The notes below the pieces were generated by a model that was not told where the DNA came from, did not search any database, and saw only the letters and a program-made list of their open reading frames with translations. From Thecamonas trahens ATCC 50062 (Eukaryota; Protista; Apusomonadida), in assembly GCF_000142905.1 (NCBI RefSeq), contig NW_013657670.1, positions 149,498 through 213,125 of the forward strand: a DNA stretch of 63,628 nucleotides, written 5' to 3'. The position numbers were made by a program, and so were the translations under genes. Shown one piece after another: positions 12,238 through 22,946 of the stretch (the stretch's first letter is position 1; each line of letters begins with the position of its first letter).

Positions 12238-15200
12238 ATGTCGGACCACCCCCGACTGGTGTGCGAGGTGGAGGAGGGCCCGCCCGAGGCTCGGAGGAAG
12301 CGGGTGGTGACGGTGGAGGCAGGCTTTATGCTCTTTGGTCGCGACAGGGCACGACTCAAGTCACGGGCGGCAAAGGAGCCTGTCCGTCCTGGCTTTGAGG
12401 CCCTTGCTGGAGGTGGATCGAGTTCGGATGTGGCTGGCGGTGGACGTGTTGGAGGAGGCGGTGGTGCATCTAGTGGCGCTCCGCCCACCATCGACGTCCT
12501 CGACTCGCAGACCGTCTCCTCGGTTCATTTTAAGATCTGGTACGAGCCGTCGTTGCGGCAGTTCTTTGTCTGCGATTGCGGCTCGCGGAACGGGACCAAT
12601 CTGGCGCCGCCGGCGGGGCAAGAGGCCATGCGGGACTATCGGTTTCTTGGATCGAACAAGACGGCGTCGGAGCAGGCGCCGCTGGCCATCATGTCGGCCA
12701 TCCGCGCCGCCAACGTCGTCATTCTGGTCACCAACATTGTGGGGACAGAGCCGCCGACCCGCCACGATCTCTCAGATACTTTCAACTACACCGGCGGAGG
12801 AACGATGACCGAGGACGTGTCCAAGCAGGACATGGTGATCCAGGTCCTGCACGGGCCAGGCGAGGGTCAGCATCATGTCATCCAGTACCATGAGAGCTGC
12901 ATCGTCGGCCGCGCCACGCCAGGCACTCAGCCACCGGCGCCGCCGTCAGATCGCCACAAGCGCATCACCATCTACACCGCCTCCAAGTACCTCTCGCGCG
13001 AGCACGCGCTCATCCAGCACTCGTCTGAGCTCGGCTCGCTGCGGCCGGTAGTGGTCAAGGCCACGTCCAAGAACGGCCTTTCGGTCTGCTCGCAGCCGAA
13101 CCTCTCGGCACTGCAGTCGTTCGAGTCGCTGCCGTGGCAGCCTGTCGCCCGCAAGTCTATGGCGCGCCTCTCGTTTGGCGACCTTGTCCGCTGTGGCAAA
13201 GACACTATTCTGCTCATCACCGACCACGCCGGACCGCCGCAGCGGATGGCGCCTCCTGTCTCGCAGGGCTGCTCATCGACGTCGATCACGCTCTCGTGGG
13301 ACGCCGCCATCTCGCCCACCGCCGTCAAGGGCTACATCCTCGCCATGGCACCCGGGCCGCGAGTGACCGACGAGCCGCCAGCCCAGTTTGCGCGGCTGCT
13401 CAACAGGCAAGCCACGTCGCCCGACGACGACGCCTCGCTCGAGTCGGCTTTTGAGCAGGCCTCCAAGCTTGCGCTCTCGTTTGCCAACTCGTACGGCGGC
13501 GGCCAGCTTCACACCACCGTCGCCCCACTCGACCCGAATCGGATCTACTTTTTCCGCCTCCAGGCCCGCAACGCCGGCGGCGAGTCCTCGTGGTCAGCCG
13601 TCGTCGCCTACGCCACCGCCGCCGACGACTCACTCCATACCTCGCCGCCGCTCCCGGCCTACCTCTCACGCGCGCTCGATATTCACAACCGCGCATCGGG
13701 CGTCCCGCTTCATGCCGCCGACGTCGGCGAAGACACCGACGACGACGAGCCTGAGCCTGTGGCACCCGAGCCGTCGGACGCTGTCGTCCAGAGAGTCTCA
13801 GGGACGATTCGCTGGAAGAAGGGCAAACTCGTCGGGCTCGGCGCTCAGGGCAAGGTCTACGTCGGACAAGATCTCGACAACCACACGGTCATGGCGGTTA
13901 AGGAGCTCGTGTGCATGGACGACAAGGTCCATGAGTCGCGCCTGGCCGAGATCGAGCGCGAGATCGACATGCTCCGCACGCTCGACCACCCCAACATCGT
14001 CAAGTACATCGGCGTCAACAAGGTTGTGGCCGATGGCTCCATCACCCTCCATCTGTTTCTCGAGTACGTGGCCGGCGGCTCGCTCCAGTCGTTCATCAAA
14101 AAGATGGACAAGAACGGGCTCGACGAAGCTGCCGCTCAGCTGTACACCAAGCAGATCCTCAACGGCCTCGCCTACCTCCATGCCAAGGACATTGTCCATC
14201 GAGACATCAAATCGGCCAACATCCTGCTCGCCATCTTTGGCTCGCACCAGGTCTGCAAAATTGCCGACTTTGGCGCCTCAAAGTCGCTCTCACACCTGGC
14301 CGAGTTTGCGTCGGTTGTTGGCACGCCCAACTTTATGGCGCCCGAGGTCATCCGCCAGCGCGGTGGCTCGCACAAGTCCGACATCTGGTCTGTCGGCTGC
14401 ACCGTCATCGAGATGCTCACCGGCTCGCCGCCATGGTCCGAGTTTGAGCCGCAAGCCGCCATGTTCCACATCGGCACCACAAAGACCGGGCCCAAGCTCC
14501 CAGACAACATCTCGCCGGCATGCGTCGCGTTCTTTGCCCGCTGCTTTGCCTTTGAGCCCGAGGACCGCGCCTCGGCCGCCGAACTGGAGCAGCACGTGTG
14601 GATCGCGCCGCCACGGACGGCCCAGACTCCGGATGCTGCTTCCGCCGCCGCAGCCGGCTCGTCGGCCCTCTCGCCCGACCGCAGGTACACCCCACTCATG
14701 GCCGACGCCGCCGCCGCCGCTGCTGCTGTTGTCTCGCCCACAGCTGCCGACGGCGCCGACGGCGCCACCGCTCCACTCGGGCCGGACACTGCGTCGTCGC
14801 CGTCAGCAGCGTCGGCAGGCACCGGGCCCGCTAATGGTGCCGGCGACACCGATACTGAGACCTCCACCTCGGGTCCGCTGGCCGGGCCGTCGGGCCGGGG
14901 CGGGCAGGCCACCGGTTCGCGCCGGCAGCGGCTGGTCATCGACACCGCGGCTGGGAGGGGGAGCCTCGCGCCGGCGCCCAGCTCGCCGTCGTTCAAGAAC
15001 CGCAAGCATCGCATCTCGTGGAGCAACCTCATGTTCCACAACGAGCCCATCGGGAAGGGTGGGTTCGGAACGGTGACTCGCGCCGAGTACCTCGGCGTCG
15101 ACGTGGCGGTCAAGTTCCTGACCAAGATCGAGAACATCGACCAGTTCATGTCCGAGGCCGCGCTCCTCGCCGAGCTCCGCCACCCGAACTGTGTACTGTA

Positions 15201-16103
15201 CATGGGCGTGTGCGCCAAGGAGGACGAAGACCGCTATGGCATTGTCATGGAGTACCTCGACGGCGGCGACCTCCACGCTGCCATTCACTCGTCGCGCTCG
15301 CCGCCGCTCAACCTCTCCGCGCGAGTCAACATCCTTGCCGACGTCGCCTCAGGCCTTGTCTACCTGCACGCCATGGGTGTCGCCCATCGCGACATCAAGC
15401 TCCGCAACATCCTGCTCGATCGCTCGTGCGGCGCCAAGCTCGCTGACTTTGGCCTCTCGACCCCGCAGCAGCACAAGACTGGCGCCACCCTCCGGTACGC
15501 CGCGCCCGAGGTGCTCTCCGGCGAGCGCGTTGCCGATGCCGTCGCAGACGTCTACTCGTTCGGCCTCGTCATGTACGAGGTCCTCACCGGCACCAAGCCG
15601 TTTGCCTTTCTCTCTGAAGCACGCGATCGCTACCATGACCTCACCCTCCCGCCCGGTGAGCTCGACGCGTGGGAGGCTATCGACCCGCTGCCGGAGCTCA
15701 TGCGTGCGTGCTGGTCTTTCAACCGTGCCCACCGTCCCTCGATGAAGGAGCTCTTTACTGCAATCAAGTCGGTTCGCGACTCGCTTTCTGCTGACGCGGT
15801 GGCATCGGGCCCGCGCGCCGGCTCGGCCCTCGCCCATCCCACCCACACGCCTGCAGCCACATCCGGCACCGCGCCCCCGCCCGCCCACCCATGCGCTCAT
15901 GGCTCACCATGTTTGACGACGTCGCCGAGCCGCTCTCGGACGTCTCGTCCTCGACATCGCCCATCGCCCTCGCTCCCCGACCGCCCCTCGCGGCACCCAA
16001 CGCTGACAACGCTGACAACAACGACGACGACGACGACGACGCCACGCGCTCAGTCATCATCACCTCGCCGCCGTCTACGGGACCATCAGCCGCACGGCCT
16101 TAG
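12238..16103 (+). CDS. FHA-FHA-FN3 + STE11/MEKK-like kinase + TKL-type kinase (dual kinase); C-terminus probably via -1 shift near 15880 (as-read stop 16233)
   Basis: FHA motifs FGR..VSSVH..GSRNGT and VGR..LSREH..SKNG; FN3 ITLSWDA..YFFRLQARNAGGES. Kinase 1: GLGAQGKVY/MAVK/HRDIKSAN/DFG/GTPNFMAPE. Kinase 2: GKGGFG/VAVK/HRDIKLRN/DFG/YAAPE. Confidence 0.9.
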
Positions 16104-16315
16104 TTCAACAACAGCCGATGTGGTGGTGGATGGCGGTGGACGGTGGTGGAGGAAGTTATTAGCTGGGCTTCCGGGGAGCACCAAAACTTTGACGATTCTC
16201 TGCTACCCTCTCGTCTCGCCGCAAATTGACTAGAGTCGTTGGGTCACGTACGTAGAGCCAGATAGCGCTGTGCTGAGGAGAGAGTACAATGACACATGCC
16301 ATTCCAATCCATATT

Positions 16316-16691
16316 CCGCCTTCCCTGCACCCAACCCCTGTCATCCTCCAGGCCTCCACTCTGGGGTCACTCCCTGCGCCCCAGCGCACCGTCCGGAAGG
16401 TGCTCAGTTGAGTCGAGTCGGACTGGCCTCGATTCGGCTCGCGGTCGGCTGTTCCTTTCTTGGCAGGTTTCGCGGCTACAGATGGCCGGTCTCCTAGCTG
16501 TGTTGGACAGATATGGGCAGGCAAAGCCGATATTCCCCCCGCGCATTGCTGCAACTACCCCCCTACCCGCTTTATGGGAGCAAGAGGCACCGGAATCGGC
16601 CATCCTTGCCTCAAACAGGGTCCCCTGCAGACCGGGCGGCCCATCCGGACATCAGCCGATTCGGATCAAATAGCTCGTGGCAGGGAAGCGG
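16316..16691 (+). ncRNA. Candidate structured non-coding RNA, family unknown
   Basis: End-to-end helix 16320-16328/16680-16688, plus helices 16410-16420/16430-16440, 16443-16451/16653-16661 and 16481-16490/16595-16604. Wobbles are G-U on +. No credible ORF. Confidence 0.5.
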
Positions 16692-16897
16692 GTCACCCGG
16701 CCGGGGGGGGGGAGGGAAGAGGCTGGTTTTTAGGGAGGGGGGAATGATGTGTGTGGTGTTTTTTTTTCCCCGTCGCCTTCATCCTCTTCCGCCAACAGTC
16801 TCAAAGGAGAACACTATTCCCCACATACTCATGATAGCCATGTATATAGAGTATGGCTGCAGATCGCGTATTGCAGCCGAATCACAACAACGGAGGA

Positions 16898-18165
16898 ATG
16901 GCGAATGTAGAGATGGTGAGCGCGCAAGCGTCGATGCCGCCGTCGCCGTCGGCGCTGGTGGATGCGACGCTGCTGTGGGGAGACGGACTGGACATGAGTG
17001 TTCCGACGTCGCCACTGGCAGGTGGGCTGGACGGGGGAGCGAGCGTGCTTGACGCGCTGGTAACACCGTCGCGGAAGCGGAAGCGGATGCCACTGACGGC
17101 GCCCGGCTCGGCGCCCGCGGCGCCGATGGTGCAAGACGTTGCGCCGAGCTCGTTTCTTGACGATCTCGGCGGCCTGTTTGGCTCGCTTGACGCGGTGCCG
17201 GAGCTTGCGCTAGCGTCGACCATGGCGCTGGCGTCGAGCGTGTATGACCAGCTCGATGGCGACCTGGGCCTGGGCCTCGGCGACGGGAGCAGCGGAGGCG
17301 GGATGGTGGAGCCGGGCGTGCTCGGCGGAGCTCCGTCGTCGCTCCTTGGTCTTGCGCCGCCGTCCGAGTCGCCGCTCCCGTCGATGCATCCATCACCGTC
17401 GGTCTCGCCGGCGGCACCAATTCCGCCGCCGTACACGGTTCTGCCGTCCGAGTCGTATCTGCCCCGGCCGCCGCGACTGGCGCTTGCGGCTGCGACGGCC
17501 GATTCAGACGACTACAGCGACGATGACAGCGATGATCGGGACTTTGAGTCGTATGACGACGAGTCTAGCTACGGCGACGAGTATGGGTCGTCGGCCCGGT
17601 CGCGCCATGGCGGCGGACGTCGTCTCGCAGGCAAGGGCAAGAGCAAGGGCAAGAGCAAGAGCAAGGCAGGCAAGTCCAAGTCACGGAGCAAGGCCAAGGC
17701 TCCCAAGTCCAAGCGGCGGCTGAGCGATCTGGGCGAGCTGACGGCGCCGATTGTGGGCTTGCCGGTGCGGCCGGCAGGGAGCGTGGTGGGGCAGGCCGCG
17801 CCTGCGGCGGACCCGAACAAGACATCTATTTATGGATACATCAACGGGGCGCTGGACGCGGCGCGCGAGGCGCCGGCGGCCAAAAAGGCCAAGACTACCA
17901 ACGGCGTGGCGGTGCCAGCGAGCCGCGGGCGAACGGTCTTTTCTTCGGTCCTGCAGCACGCGCTGAGTGCTGTGGAGAGCAAGGTGGCGGCGACGGCGGC
18001 GGTGGTCTCGGTCGCGCTCCCGCCGGCCCCAATGGACACGGGCGGGAGATCGAGATGCTCGGGCACAGGCTGGTCGACGGGGTGGCCTTTGTGCGCATCC
18101 ATTACATCGGACTCCCTTCGTCGTACGACGAGTGGGTCCCGTCATCTTCGCTCGTCCACCACTGA
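16898..18165 (+). CDS. Low-complexity acidic/basic protein with C-terminal Tudor-knot/chromo-barrel domain (-1 frame break at ~18040-18046)
   Basis: The -1 frame from 18046 reads EIEMLGHRLVDGVAFVRIHYIGLPSSYDEWVPSSSLVHH* (TGA 18163-18165). HYxG...YDEWV is the chromo-barrel signature. Confidence 0.75.
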
Positions 18166-18176
18166 GCACAGAGTGA

Positions 18177-19995
18177 TTAAAGATCGGCAACTACCTTGAG
18201 GAAGCGCTGGAGGGTGCGGAGCGTTGGCTGCGAGAGGGCGTCGAGCTCGAGGACAAACTCGGGCTTGGCCACGAGGTCGGCAAACTCGGGCTCAAGCTCG
18301 ATGATGATGCCAAGCGCCATGCCAAGTTTGTCAGGCGTGAGATGGCGGAGCTTGTCGGCGAGGCGGCGGCGGGCCTTGAAGGTGAGCGGCTCGATGGCCT
18401 TGGGCGGGCGGCGACGGGCGCCGCCGGCGTCAGAGCCGACAAGCGGGGTAGAGCCGGCCGACCGCGCAGTCGGGTCCTGCGACGCCGACGCCGGAGACGG
18501 CATAAATGCGTGCGCCCGCGAAGCCGAGTGGCGGCCGGACGGCGTAGTCGGCGCAGACGCCGAGACCATAGGAAAGGCCTTCGACGTCGAGCCGGACGAC
18601 GAGACGGAACCGGCCGAGTTGGGCCGCGACGCGAGCGCGTCTGAGCCTGCGCCCTCGAGCTGGTTGAACTGCAGGTACATCTCATCGTAGACCTTGAAAA
18701 GGATGGCAAGCTGTTGGTACTTGGCGGTGAGCTCGGTGTCGAGCTGCTCGTTGAGGGCGGCGTAGAGATCCTCAAAGACGGCAAGGAGGGCAACACCATC
18801 GGTGTAGATGGCCGAGTCTGGCGAGTTAAAGAGGGTGCAGTTGGAGAAGACCAGCCGGACGTCGGCGGCAAACTGGGCCGGGGTGGCGTACGCGCCGCGG
18901 TCGAGGCGCGCCTGAATGGTTCCGAGGTCCATGGGGCACCGCACAATGTCAAAGTACGTGGGAATGTCGAGCGCAATGGCATTGACCGGCTCGCGGAACG
19001 GCTCTGAGCGCGAGTCGGCGAGTAGCGTCTTGAGAACGCGGCGGCAGGCGCGCATGATGGGGTCGCGCCGTGAGGCAACTTTGCGCGTCGAGACCACCTC
19101 GAGCGCGCCCGCCGGCGTCTTGACCGACCGCGAGAGCACCCGTGTCGGCTTGCTCATCTCGCCGACGTGCGGCGCCTGGAGCGAGACCACCTTGCACGTC
19201 GCAAGGTTGCCAGCGGCCGACAGGCTCATCTGCGCTCGCACCGGCGCCTCCAGCCGCGACCGCAGTGGCGGCGGCGCAGAGGTGGCCGCCGGAAACGCGG
19301 CGCGGACAGAGCCTGAGACCGTCGCTTGCTCTGCTGCCATCGACTCGAGCAGCATGGCCAGCGGATCCGCACGCCGCTTGGCCTTGCCACGAGAGCCGCG
19401 TGAGCCCTTTTCGCTCGCCCCAGCCGTGCTCCGGCTCGCTGCGCCCGAGCTTGCTGTGCCAGACCCACCCCCGCTCCCGCCAGCCACCGACGCCTTGCGC
19501 ACGAGCTTGGCCAGCGCCGCCGCCGCTGCTGCCGAAGTCGAGCCTGCCGGTGCCGGGTCGCCCAGCGTCTTTTGCCTCTTCCGCGCCGGCGCCTGTGGGC
19601 TCTCTGCCGCCGCAGTAGCAGTACCACCGCCACCGCCACCGCCACCACCACCACCACCACTGCCGCTGCCGCCGTTCTGTCCGCCGTTCTGTCCGCTGCT
19701 GGCAGTACCACTTCCTCTGCTGCCAACACCTGTTGTTGATCCCTGGCTCGCTCCTCCAGTCTCGCTCCCGACTCCAGTCTCTCGGTCATCCTGCCGCCGT
19801 GAAGGGGAAGGGAGGGGGGGGGTTAGTATGGAGGGNNNNNNNNNNNNNNNNNNNNNNNNNNNNNNNNNNNNNNNNNNNNNNNNNNNNNNNNNNNNNNNNN
19901 NNNNNNNNNNNNNNNNNNNNNNNNNNNNNNNNNNNGGGGGGAGAGGGGGAGGAGGGTAGGAGAGGGCGTACTATCTTTCTCTTGAGTGTGGCCAT
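18177..19995 (-). CDS. Single-bromodomain + ET-domain (BET/GTE-like) protein; exons 19995-19972 and 19790-18177
   Basis: Bromodomain PFREPV..YFDIVRCPMDLGTI..VFSNCTLFN and ET domain LTFKARRRLADKLRHL..ELDALSQPTLRTL. Intron GTACGC(19971)...TACTAAC(19828-19822)...CAG(19791) joins MATLKRKI in frame. Confidence 0.9.
19791..19971 (-). other. Spliceosomal intron with perfect TACTAAC branch point (contains gap 19836-19935)
   Basis: GT..AG ends, TACTAAC plus polypyrimidine tract, phase-0 in-frame join. Confidence 0.8.
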
Positions 19996-20278
19996 GGCGC
20001 TTGCCCCCTCCGCAGCCAAGGGTTGTGCCGGTGGGGAGTGGTGGGGAGTGGGGTTGTGCAGCGGCGAGTGGCAAGTTGGCAGAGGCGAATAGGGGGGGGG
20101 GGATGGTTGGGGGGGGGGGGGGGAGGGGGGCGTGGTGATAATATTTTTGTCACGGCGGAAAAACTGGTAGAACGAACTGGAAGGGTGGAAGGGTGGAAGA
20201 GGAGGTTGGGGGGGGGGGTAGGGGAGGGGGGGGGGCTTGGCCACGGAGGAGTGTTTCGTTTTTACAGATCTTAGAGGA

Positions 20279-21007
20279 CTAGTAGCGGGTGGCAAGCCGG
20301 GCCGAAGCCGAGCGGAGCTGACCGTACACCTTGCCGGGCGGGGTGCCCATGATGAGGGAGCAGACGGCACGGCGGGCGAGCTTGATGTTGGTAAAGGCGC
20401 CGAGGATGTGGATCTTGGAGTCTGCGACGACGATACGGACACGGAGCGCGTTCTCAATGGTGTGTTTTGTCTTGCCCTGGGCACCGCAGATGCGGCCGAT
20501 GGCGCGCGAGCGGTGGTTGCCCTGCAGCCGCTTGACGTCGTCGATCTCGAACGAGTCGACGTACAGGTCGTCGAGGCGGAGGAGAGCCATGGCGTCGTCG
20601 AGGTCAAAGCCCAGGAGAAAGGCCTTAACAAAGTCTGCGGCGCGCTGGAGGGCCGACGAGTCTGTGGTGTACTCGCAGTTCTGGATCTCGATCTTGCGGG
20701 CCTTGACGTTCATCTGGATGGCGAGGCCAAGGACGTTGACGATGGGGTCAACAATGTGCTCCCAGTTCTGCTTGAGCGGCGTGTACCGGTGCGGCGGAAC
20801 CGGGAGCCGGCGGACCTCCTCGACTTCGATCAATGATGTCGGGTCGACCGGCGTGAACTCGGGAAGGTTGCCGGTGCCGACATTCTCGAGCGGCTCGAGC
20901 TCGTCGTCGTCCTCGCCCGCCTCGCCTGCTGCCGCGAGCTCCTCGGCCCCAAACGTTGTCCCCTCCTCGTCCTCCATCTGCATCAGCATCATGTCGTCGT
21001 CCGCCAT
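20279..21007 (-). CDS. PNO1: Pre-rRNA processing KH protein PNO1/Dim2
   Basis: VPPHRYTPLKQNW...LLRLDDLYVDSFEIDDVKRLQGNHRSRAIGRICGAQGKTK...GTPPGKVYGQLR. Confidence 0.95.
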   Translation of the reverse strand: MADDDMMLMQMEDEEGTTFGAEELAAAGEAGEDDDELEPLENVGTGNLPEFTPVDPTSLIEVEEVRRLPVPPHRYTPLKQNWEHIVDPIVNVLGLAIQMNVKARKIEIQNCEYTTDSSALQRAADFVKAFLLGFDLDDAMALLRLDDLYVDSFEIDDVKRLQGNHRSRAIGRICGAQGKTKHTIENALRVRIVVADSKIHILGAFTNIKLARRAVCSLIMGTPPGKVYGQLRSASARLATRY

Positions 21008-21476
21008 GACTCTCTGTCCTTGTCTCGTTGAACCGAGTGGTGTGTCGGTAGAGAACGTCGTCGTGCCTGTGCCTCGGCCCCTATGTCCTGCCGGTCGTCT
21101 CCGGATGGATGGATGGCTCACAAGTTGTGAGGGGGGAGCAATCGACTGCGTTGGTCTGAAATTTGCGAAGGAATGGCTGCGAAGGAATGCCACAACCCGT
21201 CACCCGCTCTGCGGCTGGTTTCTTCTCAAGTGCATGGGCTGGCCGCGGCTCCCTGGTCGGATGCCACCCGCAACTACAGCATCTGGCCTAAGAATCCTCG
21301 CTCAGACCCTGGACCACTCTACTGAGCACAATGGCATTCGATCGCTCTTTGTACAAGCTGCTTCAAGTGGAAGAGGAGGCGACGGGGAAAGGGGAGACGG
21401 AGGGTAGAGCGAATTCACGTGTTCAACAAAACATACTCGACTCTCACTCGGCAGAACTGTAACAAGCGAGACAGAC

Positions 21477-22922
21477 ATGATTCAGCGCTACATGTGTGTG
21501 GTACTGGCAGTGGTGGTGGTGGTGGCTATCGCAGCTGTGCGTAGTGGTGAAGCAAGTGAGCTGGGTGCTGAAGGCGCGGCTCAGTTTGGCCAGGCTGGCG
21601 AGGCTCGCGAGGCTTGGAAGGCCTTTGTGGCCTCGCTCACTGGTGCCGGTGTGGAGGCGACGGTGCTTGAGCCGCTGCCTGGTGTGGTGCCTGGGGACAT
21701 GGGTCTGACGGTGGGCGTGCCAGTGGCGGCTGGCGAGGTGTTGGCCTCGTTCCCAGCCTCGCTCCGGCTTGCCACCCCGTCAGTCGAGGCTATCCGCGCC
21801 GCCGGGGGCGCACCGCCATCGCCGGCTGATGCCTCCATCCATGACATCATGGCCATGGCCATGGCTCGCGGCCTGGACGCCAAGATGGCGCTCGCGCTGG
21901 CGCTTGCTCATGAGACCGTCCGCGACGACTGGGAAGCCTCGCTTCTTGCAGGCTACATCGAGATCTTGCCCGAGACCTTTGACGCTGCTCCGCTCTTCTA
22001 CGGCCGCGAGCTGGTGTCCGAGATGCAGGGCGGCCTGGCGTGGCGAGTTGTTCAGCAGACCAAGGAGGCTGCGTCGCTCAAGAGCATCGTGACTCAGCTC
22101 GAGTCAATGTTCCCGGCCCTCTTCCCGCCGGCCAGCCTCGAGCCGCACGACGTCGAGTGGGCGTACTACCTCGCCCACTCGCGGTCATGGACCACGCCGT
22201 CGGGTGAGCTTGTCCTTGTCCCGCTCATGGACATGCTCCATCGGACTGTCAACGGCTCGGTCGAGGCTTCGGTCTCGAAGTCGGGTCGCATCGTCCTCAC
22301 CGCCACCCGTGATTTGGCCCCCGGTGAGGAGGTCTTCCTCAACGCCGCCCCCGCCTCGGCCGCCGAGCTCTTTGCGCTCCACGGCCCCTCGCTCGGTGGC
22401 CACGCTCTGCCCGACGTCGCCTTTCTTGGCCTCAACTACAACCCGGTAGATGACAATGCCGACAACGTCTTTGCCGCCACCATCGACGCCCTCCTCGCCA
22501 ACGCCAAGTGCTTCACTCCGGACGCAGTCGCCGACCTCTTTTACGTTGGCGACGAGCTCCCGCTCAGCTTTCTCGCTTGCATGCGCCTCGCCCTCCTCAC
22601 CGTCGACGACTACGCCCGCATCTCCGCCCGCGAGGCCGCCACCGGCGAGTCCTGGCCGACCGACGAGCGCTTTTCGGCCGACAACGACCTCGCCGTCTTT
22701 GCCACCATCCGCGCCTCGCTCACCTCGTCGCTCGACGACTACCCGACCACCATTGCCGAAGACAACGCCGCCCTTGCTGAGCTCGACTCAGCCTCTACTG
22801 CCGCCGCCATCATCTCGCTCCGCAAGGCCGAGAAGCAGCTCTTTGTTTCGGCGCTCTCGGCCGTCGACCGCGCCTGGCACGCCATCCTCGCCGACGCCGC
22901 CGATGCCCAGCTCTTGCTCTGA
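21477..22922 (+). CDS. Rubisco-LSMT/SETD3-like SET domain protein with signal peptide, degenerate active site
   Basis: YIEILP..WAYYLAHSR..LVPLMDMLH..ATRDLAPGEEVF..YPTTIAED..RKAEKQL; hydrophobic N-terminus. Confidence 0.8.
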   Translation: MIQRYMCVVLAVVVVVAIAAVRSGEASELGAEGAAQFGQAGEAREAWKAFVASLTGAGVEATVLEPLPGVVPGDMGLTVGVPVAAGEVLASFPASLRLATPSVEAIRAAGGAPPSPADASIHDIMAMAMARGLDAKMALALALAHETVRDDWEASLLAGYIEILPETFDAAPLFYGRELVSEMQGGLAWRVVQQTKEAASLKSIVTQLESMFPALFPPASLEPHDVEWAYYLAHSRSWTTPSGELVLVPLMDMLHRTVNGSVEASVSKSGRIVLTATRDLAPGEEVFLNAAPASAAELFALHGPSLGGHALPDVAFLGLNYNPVDDNADNVFAATIDALLANAKCFTPDAVADLFYVGDELPLSFLACMRLALLTVDDYARISAREAATGESWPTDERFSADNDLAVFATIRASLTSSLDDYPTTIAEDNAALAELDSASTAAAIISLRKAEKQLFVSALSAVDRAWHAILADAADAQLLL

Positions 22923-22946
22923 GTAAATCGACATGTACAGCTGTTA

